Shown: positions 1 through 14,831, counted from the whole stretch's first letter. The stretch: 62,604 nucleotides of DNA, filler included, from Choristocarpus tenellus KU-1152 (GCA_964200185.2; 11 parts of 11 records of this genome joined end to end with filler, not necessarily neighbours in it); one strand, 5' to 3'. Program-made: numbers and translations. The notes: generated by a model from the letters alone, not told the origin.

Positions 1-399
1 GTTGTTTTTGTTTATTAAACTAAAGGAAAAGAAGAGAAATTGAGGGTGGGGTGGGTTATTTTTCACCGAAGGGGGGGGGGGGGGGGGGGGGGGGGAGTTC
101 CTTCTTCTCCCCATTTCTACTATCCATAGTCTGAAAAATCTGGAAAACACCCATTACCTGGTTTAATTTGACTTAATAGTAGTGTAAAGCCAAAAAAAAT
201 ATTGCGAGCAAAATACATCTGAGAATAATATGTTAGTAGATACTGAGCCAAACCAGTTGAGAGATAAGGCAGGTTTGTACCTTTTTGCATTGGTGATACA
301 AATGCCATCAAATGGGACTTGAGGATCTACCCGCTAGTTGCGCTCTCAGTGGTAGTAGTAGGGATTGTAGCTGCGCCCATTTGAGGTGCCAGGGCAAGC

Positions 400-2480
400 T
401 CTTTTCTGCTCTTGAGCTACCGAGCCTCATGAATAGCTTTCCATGACGTGTGTGGTACGGACATATTGTCAAGTTTGTTAGAGATTGCCTCCTCGTCCAC
501 TCCTAGCTTGTGTCAAGATCAAATTCCTGCGTGGTTTCGGGTCCCTTCTTTTTGTGCTGTGCCTTCAAATCCCTCTTGCTGACCTTTGTCCTCTGTTCAG
601 GTGTGAGTATCAAGTAGTAGAGAGAAAATGGTTCACCTGTATACTCTTTGAAGGTAAACGCTAGGGAGTTTTTGAGCACATCTCACGGTCTTAGGGCTCA
701 GCCCGAGCTATGTCCAGCTCCTGTCCTTGCCGATCATTAGTGTCTGGAGGAGGTGCCATGTAAAATGACCCCGTAAACCATGAAGTGGATTTAATTTGCA
801 AGGAGGAATACGTAGGAATCACCTACACTTCACACTAGTCTGTTTCTTCATCGTCATCTGTTCCACACGACCATGCTTGATGTCGCCCCCAGCACCTTCA
901 TCATTCCCACCCAACAGGAGCGGTACAATCTTCGATTGGTCAGGTAGACTTGATACGCCCTCCGCAACTATGACTCCTGCAGGGGATTCAGCCAGTTACC
1001 ACCCTGCTGTGTGGACACTAATCTTTCACTTCTATTGTGGATATCCAGGAATACTAGTGTTTCCAATCAGAACCTCACAAGCTATGTCTGTCTGCTTTAA
1101 CCTGACTACAAAAAAGATTTATCCCCGTAAGGTATCATTTTCACTATGGATCACACCAGATACCACCCTGCAATATGTCCGACTCTGTCAATTTCATCAC
1201 CACTACCCAGTTCCCACCAGATACTGCCTACACAATTATGTCCAATCCTGTCATAAAATAGGAGTGGTCGCTTAATAATGACCATACATGAGTGTATCTA
1301 TCCCCAGTTATCACCCTGTTATCATCCTAGGTCGTCCAATTATAACTTTTTTAAAGGAGTATCAGGAAAGTACTACCCTACGATGAACCGCAAATATTTG
1401 ATTTCAGCACGTTTTCAAGGAATAACAACACGTTGGAAGCTTACCCATACTGTTTCGTCTGCTCAGCATCCATCTCCACCTTTGTTCTATGACAGACTTT
1501 CTCCCTCTTCCCCTAGATTGTCTCAGTAGCTGACTTGAGCCTGTCTCCCTAGTCCTTCCTACTCTCTTCCCAGACCCTTCACGTCAACATCACTCAGTCA
1601 ATTAGCCTTTTCGATTTCCTGTTCTGAATTCAACCCTCTAATTTTTATAACTTGTTGTCTACCCTCCCTATTCTCCTTTTTCTCCTTCAAAAACATGAGG
1701 TGGACTTAGCACGTACTTGGACATTTAAAATGTGTCCCAAAAAACGAGAATAAGAGTTATTCAAGGTACACCTAATCTGGCGCAAAGAGCAAGAAAGGGT
1801 GTGTGACCATTTCAAGGAGCGCTTTGTCAAGGTGCACCCGATCTTACCCAAAACATAAGAAAGGCTGTGTTTGTGTTCCAAGATTGTTTTACTCATGATG
1901 TACCCACTGTTGTTCAATTCGCTAAGTAGTGGTCACCGTTTGGGGAGGTATTTCGTCAAGGTGCATCTGATATTGTCCAAATCGAAAAAAAGGTCGGGTC
2001 CGCGTTCAGGTATTATTTCCCTCAAGGTGCACCTAATCTTGTTCGAATCGCGAAGTAGTAGTCACCGTTTGGGGAGGTATTTCGTCAAGGTACATCTGAT
2101 AATGTCCAAATCGAAAAAAAGGTCGGGTCCGCGTTCAGGTATCAAGATGCACCTAATCTTGTTCGAATCGCGACGTAGTAGTCGCCGTTTGGGGAGGTAT
2201 TTCGTCAAGGTGAAGCTGATCGTGTCCAAATCGAAAAAAGATCGGGTTCGCGTTGAGAGATTGTCTCCCTCAAGGTGCGCCTAATCTCGTTCGAATCGCG
2301 AAGTAGAGGTCGCCTTCTGGGGAGGTATTTCGTCAAGGTGCCGCTGATCTTGTCCAAAGCGCAAACAACAATCGTTCAGTGAAAACTGAAGGAGCAGCGA
2401 AGAGTGCACAGCACCCAAGGCAGCCACAGGCACGTAGGGAGGAGGTACATGCGTATGATAGCCTTGCCCTGCTCTACCAT
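400..2480 (-). mobile_element. Possible decayed LTR retrotransposon 5' region (PBS-like site, repeat leader, gag-like remnant)
   Basis: TGGTAGAGCAGGG at 2479-2467, then the tandem array, then purine-rich stop-riddled coding-like sequence. No diagnostic domain or second LTR is visible. Confidence 0.25.
1761..2360. repeat. Tandem array of ten ~63/66-bp units forming a ~129-bp higher-order dimer
   Basis: Core TCAAGGTGCA(C/T)CT(A/G)AT starts at 1761, 1827, 1893, 1956, 2022, 2085, 2142, 2205, 2270 and 2333. Confidence 0.9.
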
Positions 2481-2645
2481 TATATCGTCGTGTAAATGAA
2501 GTTGGTTATTTATGCCTTCCGGTCTCCTCTTATGATGACCTGTAAGGCACAGGGAGGGGTGCCCGAGATGTAGAGGGAGGTGTTCGATTAGACTCTTCCA
2601 ACTCTATCGGACAGTTACGGTAAATTATTTATGGAGTAATGGAAC

Positions 2646-2745
2646 NNNNNNNNNNNNNNNNNNNNNNNNNNNNNNNNNNNNNNNNNNNNTTAATTAATTA
2701 ANNNNNNNNNNNNNNNNNNNNNNNNNNNNNNNNNNNNNNNNNNNN
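2646..2745. other. Artificial contig linker (44N-TTAATTAATTAA-44N); also at 7232, 13896, 26173, 34970, 40239, 45481, 52947, 55913 and 59544
   Basis: Identical 100-nt structure occurs ten times. The 12-mer gives stop codons in all six frames. Confidence 0.99.
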
Positions 2746-3573
2746 GTGTAAGAAAGGAGAGTGAGCTTCAAAGCTCAAAGGGGGTCATCACCTTACGATT
2801 CACATATTCTAACAACCCGTCATTCAATCCGTTGTACTAAAATAACCCGCGGACAATACTTTCGTTGTCACCTAACAAAGACATTCTATTGGTTATACTA
2901 TAATAATCCGCGGACAATATTTTCATTATCCAACAATACTTCAACAACTCATTGTTTCTCCCACAGAATCATATTTTACACATGAGTAAAAAGCATATTC
3001 TTAACAGCACAGCCAACAGCGAGTGCTTTGGCCTAGTGCATCCTTTCGCTCAGCATCAATTACCATCACTCAGACCTAGTACCAGTAACTACTACTGCTA
3101 CAGATAGAACCACTACTGCAAGCATTTTACGTTCTTTGTCTTGTGGGACGCATGGTGATGATGATGAAGAGCAGAAAACATTGGTTGATGACCAGTCTTT
3201 TTCAAAGTGTTGATCTTGAAGCTGATACCTCGTCTCTTATTCCTCCAGCACCCTTACTCTATACCTCGAAGTACATAATGTATTGCTTCTTCTTTACGTT
3301 ATTGTGCTGTTTGTTGTAGTAGAAAAACTAATGGTACAGGAAAAACACAGGTTAAGACAGAATATATCAACTTATGCCATATTAAACCCAGGTACAGACG
3401 TTACTATCGTCACAGACTTACGAGACAATCACATGCCTTAAATACCAACAGATGGTGCACAGGCGCACGACACTGCGCGAGAAAGGGCCTCATTCCAACG
3501 AAGACAAACCACAGTTAGGCCTGGGAATGGGAGCAGTTTATTGCCTTTGCGGGAACGTTTTCCAGTTGTCTCT

Positions 3574-4700
3574 TCATTGAGGTTTTTCGGGCTTAACTGT
3601 AGTTTGGCCACTGAAATTGCTGGAAACCCCCTCATCCTTGCCCCCCACTTTTTTAGTTTCAAAAACAAAAATGCGCGAGGTACATGTATATAGTATGATT
3701 GGTAAATCAGGAGCCGTGCGGACATGTAGGGTGTTATAACTGGCAAAGGTCAGACCAAATGACAAAGCAAAGGTGGAGAGCACCAAGCAGGTGGATCCTA
3801 AGGTGCTACTCATGCGTCTTGGATGCGTTCTACACATACTGCACTTAACCATCCATGTATAGTGGAAGACTCGCTCGTTTATGGGCAAGATGGGAATGGG
3901 AAGTTGGAAAAGTGTCCCTCTAATTACCTTATGGCACTTCAACTCCTTCTTAAGAGTCGTGACAACCTCTGTTTGCTCAATCTCAATTGCGAGTAAAAAA
4001 GGGTTTTGGTCAAAAGGAGTTAGCTCCTTCCAGAGATTGTTAACCTTCATCTTCTCCTTTTCGAGCTCTTCCTGGTCGTTTTCATCCCTTCACCTTGGAG
4101 CTCCGCCTTCAAACGCTGTGATCTCTTCTTCAGGCACTGCTGGCGTCTCAGAGTGTTGACGATACCTTTTGCGGCTTCAGCACAAACGTCAGGCTCGCGG
4201 TTCTCATCAGCTTATCCTATTTTGTCTCTCGTCTTCCTCATCAAGCACTGCGGTCGCAGTAGCCTTTGACACGTTTTCTTTCTTCCTCATCACAGTGGCC
4301 TCCATCATGATGAAGGCTTGCTCGACGTTACCCTTCACTCTGCCTTCGCTTCCCTCAATTTGATCTCTATCTCAACTCGTTGTTTTGTGACCATGGTCTC
4401 AGCATCAGCAGTCGCCCGCTTTGCTTCAAGTACAGCGGGCACAATGGTGGCAGAACCCTCCCCCCTCATCCGTCTAGCATCTTGAACCACACGTGCTTTG
4501 CCTGTGCTGGTGATACCATGCTTGTCCCTATAGACTTCGTTATTCTTTTTGGTCGTCCAGGATCTCTTTCGCACACCGCCTCCTGGTGGCCTACACATAT
4601 CTTCCTGGAGTTGTCAATTTTCAGTACCGCTTATCTAAAGCAACCACAAGGACGATTGAGGTGTGGTTTTTGGAAAAGAACCCATGAAGGTTCCCTCAAC
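3574..4700 (-). pseudogene. Decayed coiled-coil-rich coding sequence of unknown family
   Basis: Consecutive ORF fragments (4335-4598, 3574-4050) bridged by stop- and frameshift-containing E/K/A-rich sequence. Has a homolog at 51933-52025. Confidence 0.45.
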
Positions 4701-5689
4701 ACGATCAATCGAGACCCTTTCAAGTAAATCTTGTATTCCATGATATGTGAGCGAAACACATCGAAAATAGTGAAAAAAAAATCCTACGATATTATTCTCC
4801 GCAAACCAGCCAATAAGAACACTCACCCTCTCCATCATAGATTATGAAAAGTTAGCACAACCATTACTGTGTTATCGTCATGGACGTGGTAAAAAGTTCG
4901 AGTGTACTAGTAACAAAGTCCTGTTGTTGTAGAGAGTAGAAATGTTGTGTGGGTGGGAGGACAAACTTCCAAATTACGTAAGAGGAGTGGCGTCCTCAAA
5001 ATAACAAAACAAAACAGCTTTTCAAGAGTGTAAAAAAAATACATAGTTCCATTTTGGAAAACTCAAGGACCAAAAAGTATTCTGTTTCCGAAATTTTAGG
5101 GTTTCCAAAGACCAAACTGATTTCAAGAAGTTCAGTATTAATAACAGTAGTGATCAAAAACGAAAAGAAATATCAAAGAAAAAAAATAATATAGAGGAGG
5201 CGGAGGGGACGGGGTGAACCAGTTCCTCCTGATTAACCGCTTTTACGAAGGGACTCATACCAACATATATCTCCATATATTCTTGCCTACCTTTTGGTGT
5301 GGAGATGATTTCCTACACCTTTCTTGACAGGGATAGAAATGTGTTCTGATTGCTTTTCTTTGCAGGAGAAAAGGAGGTGGAAAAGCGAGGGCAATTGGGG
5401 CAGCCACTGTTATGTTTATTTGTGTATCGCTATGTCTTTATCTTCAGAGGTACATTGGTAATATAATTCCTGTTCTACTTTGTGCATGTCACAAAGTGTA
5501 TATAACTAGTACGGCAGGGGGGACCACCAGGGGTGGCATTGCTCATACGTGTGGATGTAATGTTTTGTCCCTCAGAAATATCGATACCTGTTTTTGTAGT
5601 CAATGATGTACTATTTCGTGGTGCATCATCACCACCATAATAATCCCATCTCTGGATTGGGGGTCAGGACAATTAAGAGAAGTACATGG

Positions 5690-5930
5690 ATTGGAAGTTA
5701 TCTTCTGCAACAACTTTGTTGTGCTGTGACACGAGCAGGAGCTCTCCCCATCCATGACAATGGCATGTGGTGGTGATCGAGCATGTCCTTATCCGCATAC
5801 ATTGTTCGACTGTTTCTGTAGAGTGCAAAAGCGAATGAACTGTGGTGCGTGTTGGGGCGTGAACCTGGACAAATGTGCGGTTCCAGGGGGGTACGATTCT
5901 CACCATAAACCTGGACCTTCAATTCTCTAT
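5690..5930 (+). mobile_element. Highly decayed RTE LINE RT fragment
   Basis: FVVL..QEL, TLFDCFCRVQK, ELWCVLG, AVPGG appear in the order of FVVRRLQEL..LFMCFVDLQKA..ELLWxVL..GVP. Confidence 0.35.
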
Positions 5931-7441
5931 ATATGTGCAATATATCAATTGGTCTGGATCAGTCATAGGCGGACCACATGCAAGAGGTAGGCACGGAACC
6001 AGCGAATGCCCATGATTGAATCGTTTGTATGGGGTTCATTTTATGGACCAGCTTTTGGGATGTATAGAGTATTTTAAAGATGAATCCGTTAAGATTGCTC
6101 ACCAAATCACTATTGCTTACTATACTTTCTTTATGAGTTGGTCGAATTAAAACTGTAGGAGGGTAGTTCCAACCATAGACTCAGGATTAGGGTTAGGATC
6201 AGATTCAACGTTCAGCACCTCTCTACCTATTCCGTCCACTTCAAGAATGGTTCAGAGAGGTAAGTGCGAGGTGGATTGGTTAGTCCGTTCATGGGAGATA
6301 TGATAGGACAAGAGGTACTTTTCCCAAGATTCTTGTGGTATTGAATTGGCTTTTCCCCTCAAATATCTGTAAAATGTCCGATGCGAAAATAAAATAATAT
6401 AAGATAGGAACTTCAAACTTTAAACAACCCAACACCACAATCCTTCATCACCACAACATGGAAATATATTTGAGGTCAAGGGTGAGGTTCGAAAAACAAG
6501 CAACACAATAAGTATATATATATTTCTGTTTGAACCCAACAGTAAAACAAGAAGTAGTTACCCTACCCATTTTTACCATTTTTGGTGTATTTTCCATTAT
6601 TTGAAGAAATATATCTTCACATTCTGTTCCAGGGAATGACCCAACCATCAGATTTACTACAAGACAATTATATTATTGTTCTGAATCGTGAAATATTTCT
6701 TTTCCCGACAATTCATCGGCAATGCAATATTCCAATAGGAAATATATTGACTGTCAAAGCATTTTCCCAAAATCCATTTATTCTCTACATCAAATAGATG
6801 TCGAGATGGAGTGGTTTCTGCGAGGAGTTGGAATCTACAGTTTCCATATTACAACTAAAATAAAGAACGGATATTATAGGGGTAGAACTGTTCGTGTGTC
6901 ATCCTTCCCCCCCTATCTGAAGAATCAAATCATCTCGAGTTGCGGTATGAGGCGATCAACCTCTATTTCACCCCTGTCCAAAGTCTCAACTTCTCTTCTA
7001 GGGAAGAAACTCAAGGGGACGACGGTTCAGATTTCAAGACGTGGCGGTCAAGCACAGAGGGGATCGAAACAATATTGGGATCAGACCTGGACCTCCATTT
7101 GTTTCCTATGTTTTCTTACAGCAATAATATATTTTGGTTGTGTATTCTTCGCATCAACAGGGGATGCGGTCCTATCCTCTAACTTCGAAGGAGGGCGGCG
7201 AATGGCCGTGGTAGTCCCAGCTTTTGATGGGNNNNNNNNNNNNNNNNNNNNNNNNNNNNNNNNNNNNNNNNNNNNTTAATTAATTAANNNNNNNNNNNNN
7301 NNNNNNNNNNNNNNNNNNNNNNNNNNNNNNNCCAAAAATCGCGACATGAAAAAATTGACCCCAAATGGACAGCCGCCACCCCCTCCCAGATACTTTGAAC
7401 CTAAATTTTGCGAAAAAAAACCTTGCTTGAAATATGATCCT

Positions 7442-7939
7442 GATCCAAGCAATTGAGAGGCAGGCAGGTTTGAACCCTTTTCCAGTTTGGGCCATCTTTC
7501 TTACATGAGCAATACATTTTATTTCATTGTGATAGGTACATGGTAGTGTAGGTCAAAATTGATATTCCCCTTTTCACTCACAAGTCACACCACAGTTCAG
7601 CAGAGGCTCTTTCTCCAAGGTACAAAGAGTATATTTTTGAGCCAAAGTATGTCAGAGAGTAGAGCCAAGCCCATTTGAGGACCAAAATCAAATGTTGTGA
7701 TTTTGATGTAATTTTGGCTATCGTATTTGCTAGGAGGTGTCAATATACTTGTTCCGATCACACCTTTTCATAGTGCATAAAATTTCCCTATATTTTACCT
7801 ACTCCGAAAAAAAATTGGGGTAGGAAAATGTCACAAAACATGAAAGCCAAGCCCCAAACGGACAAACAGGGCTAAACTCTTCAACCTTTCTCAGGATTCT
7901 TAGAATGCAACCCTTCATACCTCTCAGTTGGTTTGGCTC
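7442..7939. mobile_element. MITE family C with a nested truncated family B copy (7639-~7880)
   Basis: C long end, B insert, then C short end ...ATGCAACCC..ACCTCTCAGTTGGTTTGGCTC. Confidence 0.7.
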
Positions 7940-9193
7940 TATATCCCTTGATTTCCAAGTAAAGAACCCGTGATACGCCTCAATAAACCAGTGTAGCACT
8001 GACCTTCAACTGGTAACCAACAACCTTGGTCTGGAACGAATCCCTCCCCTCCTACCTAGCCTTTCTAGCAATGCCCCTTCATTACAACTTCACTCCTGTA
8101 CAAAAAACTGTTTCCAACAACACCACTTTTTCAGCATGCCAGCCTTCCCCAGCTTGGTGCCTTGGGGACTTCCTCTTCCTGCAGTGGTATTAGCCGACCT
8201 TGGTCAGCAGATGTTCTCAGCACCAACAGAGGTGAAAATGCTGGAGTAATCAACAAGGAGTATCAGTTGAAGGGGTCCAGATAGGGGCAAGCCTCAACAG
8301 AACAAGAGAGGCAAAACTATTAGCCCAGATACTTCCAACATAACGTCCCCAGCCCAATACAATACCAATAGATATGCAGCACAGTTGCGCAACTTCATAT
8401 CATTTTTTTTCTTCCCTATTCTCACGTATTCGATAAGTTTACATTAAACAGGGAGCTTTTTTTTCCCCTCAAGGCAATGATGTGTATTTTGAACAAAAAA
8501 ATTAGGTTTCATCATATTTGCTTGTGTGCACCGATGGTCGATTTCATGACAAACATCTTGCAACAACCCCTCAACCACATTCACTCCACAACATACTTCT
8601 AAATCATGCTGAGGTTGAGGGATAGGGGGAGTGGTACGAGAAGCAAGTGCCGACTTACTAGACTGCATCTCAACTGAGTCATTAGTCTGCATTCAACCTG
8701 AATGATCCCTGACCCTCTCAATCTTCGTTTCACCCCTTCACGTTTGGGTCCATTTACTTCTTGTAAGAAGTGTTGCAAAGATGTCGACACTCCTGTGGTG
8801 AGGATGAACAGAGGAGCAGCAAAGTTGGTGGCACTTCTGTGGTCAGCAACTCCGAGCATGTCCTCCTCCCAAGGCCTAACCTTGGAGCACACAATGGGCG
8901 AGCCCTGCTCCTGACAGGGTGGTGGGATAAACCAAGCCATCTTCCTCGCAATGTGCCATCTATATTATGAACTGAGCGAGGCTAGCTCATTGGTTTGTGG
9001 AGAGTAGACGGCACTTTAGTTTGTTCGTCTCATCCATGGGTTAAGTGTGCCGTAGCAATAATATTAATTTATGCTGAGACAGGGAAACTTGCTTGTGTAG
9101 AGGAGAGGTCAGCAGTGTGCAGAAAAGATTGGTCAAAAAGAGCAGAGAGAGAGAGGAGTAGGTAGGGAGTGTTGAAGGGGGTGAAGAGGAAAT

Positions 9194-9446
9194 GAGTCAA
9201 ACCAACCGAGAGGTAGGCAGGTTTGCATTCTAAAGATCCCAACAAGGGGTGAAAATGTGCAGTTTTGTACCATTGCAGAAAGAGACTTTGTTGCATTGTG
9301 GTGCCACTATGGAAAGGGAGAATATCAGTGATGCATACACTTTCGTGCACGAAAAGCAATGAAATAGAGTGTATTGCACAAGGTAAAAAAGGTGGTTTAG
9401 AGTGAAAAAGGATCCAATCTAGATCACCTCTAAATTGGTTTGACTC
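9194..9446. mobile_element. MITE family C
   Basis: TIR GAGTCAAACCAA..GAGGT. AAT duplicated on the flanks. Confidence 0.8.
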
Positions 9447-9973
9447 AATTGATGCGAAAAGGATTTAACCCCTCCTTATTGGTAGGGGCAAATGCAGGAA
9501 CAACCAAGGCCTCATTCATGGCAGCAAACATCATGCTGTGGGCTTGTGTATAAAACCCCACTGTTCTTGGGCAGGTCAAACCTTTCCCCGTCTCCTGAAC
9601 TTCATGATGTATACATAGTAGTAGGTATCCACCAAGGATCAGTCAACATTTTTCCTGAAAAAAAACCATGACAAGGACACTCCTAGTCAACCCTAGGCGA
9701 CTCCATTCTACATGAAGAAACTTGGGTTATGGAGGTGCGCTGCCCCAATACACCTCACTCAGCAGTCATCGACCTGTATACTGTTCTTCTTCCTTCTTCT
9801 GTTAGTTGTCTAGTTTTGCTAGGCAGGGCTCAGTCATGATGGTGACTGAATCGGTCAAATTGACCAAGCGATGACGATATGGACACACCCTCTGGAGCAT
9901 TCAAAGGTGTTTCCACCGTAACAAGGTAACAAATTAGGACAGTGTATGTATTGGAGAGGCTAAGATCTAGTCT

Positions 9974-10223
9974 GAGCTAAACGACAGGTACCCAGTTTTA
10001 GACCGTTTTGCATTAGTGGTCAGTTTTTGATCTTTTACAATTCACCCATATTTCTGTGGTTGTAGTGCTGAGTTGACTTGAGTGAGTCAATTTCTCTATT
10101 ATTTGGAAGTTTTCAATACAATCCGGAAAATATACTACACAAATTTGTAAAAAAAGCAAATTTTGCAGATAGATGTTCATCCTAGAAAATGCAAACCTGG
10201 GTACCTCTCTTACACTTCGACTC
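9974..10223. mobile_element. MITE family D
   Basis: Homologous to 28740-29000. Confidence 0.75.
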
Positions 10224-13200
10224 TTCTTCTGAGAATCTCTTATTCTTGTGGGGGGGAAAGGGGGTGGTAGGTTGATGGGACCGTACTGTACATAACCACA
10301 CAGCATCGTCAATAGTTTCTTGCCCACTTATTCCGATCGTACGTACCATTATACACATTACACAAGGATCTGGGAGTCCTCAACAACGTACGTAGGAATG
10401 TCTCTTTTAGAAAAATAAACACTGACGTTCTTCTTTTCTGTCCTCACCAAATTAAAAAAAAATAGAATTTGAGAGTAATGGAGACCAACAAGCGATTATT
10501 ACAATTCTCTTCGTATTCAGAACACGCTTAATTTCCTCAACAAACATGGCATATTGGTGCTTGATACCTGATGAAGGCAGTCGAAGACATGAGAGAAATT
10601 GTTACTGTTGCCACATTGACATAGCTGACATAGATGAAGAACGGTTGATCAGGGAACCATCTTCTCGCATTTATGAAGATTTCTTTCTCAGCTGCGTCAC
10701 ATTTACGCAGTTGAGAACAATCATTCCACTCTCCTTATCCACGTAATGTTTGCAATCGACGTATAGAGCCAAACCAACTCAGAAGTAGGCAGGCTTAGAC
10801 CCTTTTGCATTCTAAGCCTTCTCCGCACTGGAACTGAAGGGTATGAAAATGTTGAGCCATCCTCACATACATACTAATATTAGATTGATTGGAGTACATA
10901 CATGCATCCGTCTCATTTGGGCTGATTCTTCGAGCTTGGGTACTCGATGTTTTAATCCTGTTCCCAACTCTTAAGCAGTATATACATATGTATACAACAG
11001 TTTGCCCTGCTGGCCATGTGTACGTTATTATTGTACACTATCGAACTATTCCATGAGGTCCCTGGACCCATGGTTAAAAAATTGAATATCACGTGAAATA
11101 GCACAGTCAGCAGTAGGAACCTAGGTCAATCCTCCCTATGTGAAAAAACAGAAATTGACTATTATGACTAACAGGTAAACAAAAACAAAAAACACTCGTC
11201 GAAAAAATCGTCTTCTGTTCGCAACTTGGACCATTCCAGGACCTGTTAAGGTTTGACCAATAATGACGAGAGATAAGACATGTTAGACCTTGTTCTAATT
11301 GAAAAACAGTCAATTCTCAAACAGAAGAAATCCACTCTTCTTCTGCTCAAGTGTTCTGTAAAGTGCGACGTCGAACCTAAGGAGTGCACAAAAAGAAAGA
11401 CGATAGACTTGAAATAGTGTTGATGGGATCATTCGACACAAAAGGAAAAGTCTTCCTGAAGGGTTGTGCATGGAAGAGATACTTCTTTAGGTGTTACACT
11501 GTTTTATTTTCCACAGACTATAAACAGAGCCTACCAAATATACCTACAAAGGCATCCTATCTTCCCAGGCATTCATTAGCCCACAGTATTGGCATGTCAG
11601 CCTGCCCATTTCATGATTACATGTTCTTCAAGTGGACCATAGCAGGACCACAACCAATTGTAGAGGTGAGACCATGATGACCATCACCAACCAGGGAGGG
11701 CAATGAGTGCAGCATTCAAGGCATGACGTGGATGGGCCCAGAACGCTCTCAAGTGCCCTTCACGCCAAAAACATGAGTGAAGAATTGCCCACACCCCTCA
11801 CTACTAATGTAACAAAGGATAGCAGATGAGATCATTAGCTCTCCCACCGAAAAATGACATGTTCAACCATTGAGCGCGTTCGCGATTATGCATGGAGTGG
11901 ATCCACTCCAATTTTTATTAACCTTGCCTTTCTTGCCTCCTTCGGATAAAGGCAATGGACTTTATCCACATTGGCAGTGCACATCACACTCCTAGATCCT
12001 CCTGGTTCTTTCCCCTCTTTTTTAGCTCATCGCAATCATAGAAGGACCTAGTACTACAGAACAGTTCCACAGTCTCAACTAGATACTTTAGCACAGTCCA
12101 AGCAAATCTACTGACTCACCACTTGCCTCACATGGTCAAGAGTGAAAAGTCAGGCACACATGTACACAGAAAAGAAAAAAACAATCACCAAATCACACAT
12201 TCCTGGTTCCACTTTTAAGCAACATACTCATCAAAATGTTGTCCCCTTCACCCTCACCTTGGTAACTCATCAAAACGTGAGTAGCTACCGATCCAATCAG
12301 TTAGGACAGTCAACAAATAACTTGGGCTAAGTGACTGCCCCTCAGCAAACTCTATCACCCACCTGTGTCGTTTACCTCGCACTCATCTTCACAGTAAATT
12401 TCAACAAATTCAACACCCCAGATATGCAACCAAGCACCATCAGCAACACAGACAAGAAGAAATGTGGATCTTCCTCATGATTGGGTGGGGAGTGGAGGGT
12501 AAGAGGGGCACGATAAAGCACTACTCCAAGGACATACGTTCCAAAAATTGTGCCCAGGACCGTGTCACAGACAACAGGATCGGTACAGAGGCAGAGCCGC
12601 TACATCAAACACAAACTGTTTGACCCATACCAAAACAAACGTGCTAGCCCCTGCTACTGTGGTACTTAGAAATACATGGAAAGCAAGCTAAATGACTACA
12701 CATGGGGGAAAATGTCAATGCCCCATGTGCCCCACCCTTGAATGTTTTCACCCCAGTACAGACAGCACTCATTCCTATATGTTTGTCCACCTACACAACA
12801 CACCACCTCTTCAGCACCAACACCCAAACTGATCTCCTTCCATCTCCATCCACCGAATGTACCAAGCAACCTACAGTCTCTTGGGCCCCTTACTCATCAA
12901 CAATCGTCCAATCCATCCTTTCAACCAATGCGAACAATATCTGGCGTTGTACCAGTCTGACGGGAGGCCATTTCCACCTCATCCTGCTGCTGTTGCTGTG
13001 GAGAGAGAATAGGATATGATAAAAAATAAAAAAGGATCGATCAGGTAGGTGTACAAAGCACTGCTTAGAATTTGAGTCATCTCCTGCATCTTGAGACCAA
13101 ACCAAACCTTCTCTGGTTGAGAAACAAAACAGGAAAAAAAAGAAAACTTCCAAGAACGGTTAGATGCACTACTCAGGCCGTGTGGGTGCAACACAAACGC

Positions 13201-14831
13201 GTACCTGGCAAAAGATGCTTGTAAAAGTACATCCACCTTCAACTTTTTAATAATTCTCTCTTTTAAAAATACCATTCCCTCAACATATATGATCCTCACA
13301 CCCATCAAGACTCCGACATCTCTTTCATTCTCAGATTAAAGAACAAAAAAGGCTGATCTCACATTTAAAATCAGTAAAAAAGAATCATCAAAATCACACC
13401 TGGACAATAATAATAATAATAATAAAATCACATACTCACAGCATGCTCCACAGGCAAATACATAGGTGCAGCCCCACCAGATTTGAAGTGCCTCACGGCT
13501 ACAATGCAGATTCCCAAGGAAACAGATAAACCAATCACAAACACCATAGCCCACAGAACATCCATGAAGATGCTCCCAGCTCCGGGTGCCTCCTGACAGG
13601 ACGATGGTGCATGTGAAAACACCATGAAAACAACCAACTTGATGAAATAATGTTGAACATGCTGCTCACTGGAAACAACAGGAAACAAGTGACCCAGCTC
13701 ACACATACCCCCACACCAACCCCCCTCCACAAAACATCAACTCCCACTACACACCATACCACATCATCAAAAAAAAAATCAAATATCATCTGAGTAGACG
13801 CCTCCACACTTCTACTTAAAAAAAAAACACAAAAGAGACACAGACGCACCTTGTGCTCCACAGTGTGATCTTGCCATGTCCTTTGGTAAATAGGCNNNNN
13901 NNNNNNNNNNNNNNNNNNNNNNNNNNNNNNNNNNNNNNNTTAATTAATTAANNNNNNNNNNNNNNNNNNNNNNNNNNNNNNNNNNNNNNNNNNNNCCCTG
14001 ACACATCTGCAAAATGTCAGAGGGCATAATAATAAAATAGTAGGTCAGGTTAGTTTCTTTTGACATTAACCTTCGCCATCCGACAATACGGGTCCCATAC
14101 TTCCTTTTTTCCTCAAAGGACATCTCTCCTCTCTTTTTAACATTCATAAGGATGGCAAGGATGATAGTAGCGATGATCATGATAATAAGGATTGGATAAG
14201 ATTGCTCAAACATACTATGTTCTCAGTCCCCACCTATTCTCTCTCCTCTTAGTCTTCTCCTACTGGCCTTCTCTATGTGCCCCTCCCGATCATGATGAAA
14301 ATATTCAGTGAATCTGATTACCCTGTCTTTCCTTGTTAGATAAATACAACCCTAGATATGTTCCTCCATTTCCTTCACTTCATTACAAGATCCCCTACAT
14401 CTGTATTTCTTATAATGTCCTAAAACTAACCTTCAATCATTGTTCAAAATGATATTTTTAAGGTTTTAATTGAAAGAGTTTTCTTTTTGGGGCGGGATTC
14501 CAACTGATGATACGGAAATTCCCCGCTTTCTGCTAAACAAGAAAGTAGAAGTCGAGATCCAATATATGTGATCAACGACGATTACTAACCCCAGCCCTAA
14601 TAATAACCATCGACTAGACCTAACCTACATTAAACTATAGTTACAACGCTGACTCGCCACTTCCTTGGTTGACCTACCGAAAAAAAATCGTCAAACTCCT
14701 TCAAAAACTTAATCCTCTTTTTATTTGGAGTACTAATTCCTTTTAGGGGGACATATCTGTCACGCCACAAATTGTGAAATAATAGTTTCATCTTCACTAA
14801 GCTAGAAAAAATACGACATTAAAATATGAAA

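Noticed and set aside
1761-2360. CRISPR-like array
   Set aside because: The intervening sequences alternate between two recurring types rather than being unique spacers. No cas genes are present and the context is eukaryotic.
10340-11380. Possible multi-exon gene on the minus strand
   Set aside because: Several exon-like segments with GT/AG, but no consistent phase chain or recognisable domain.
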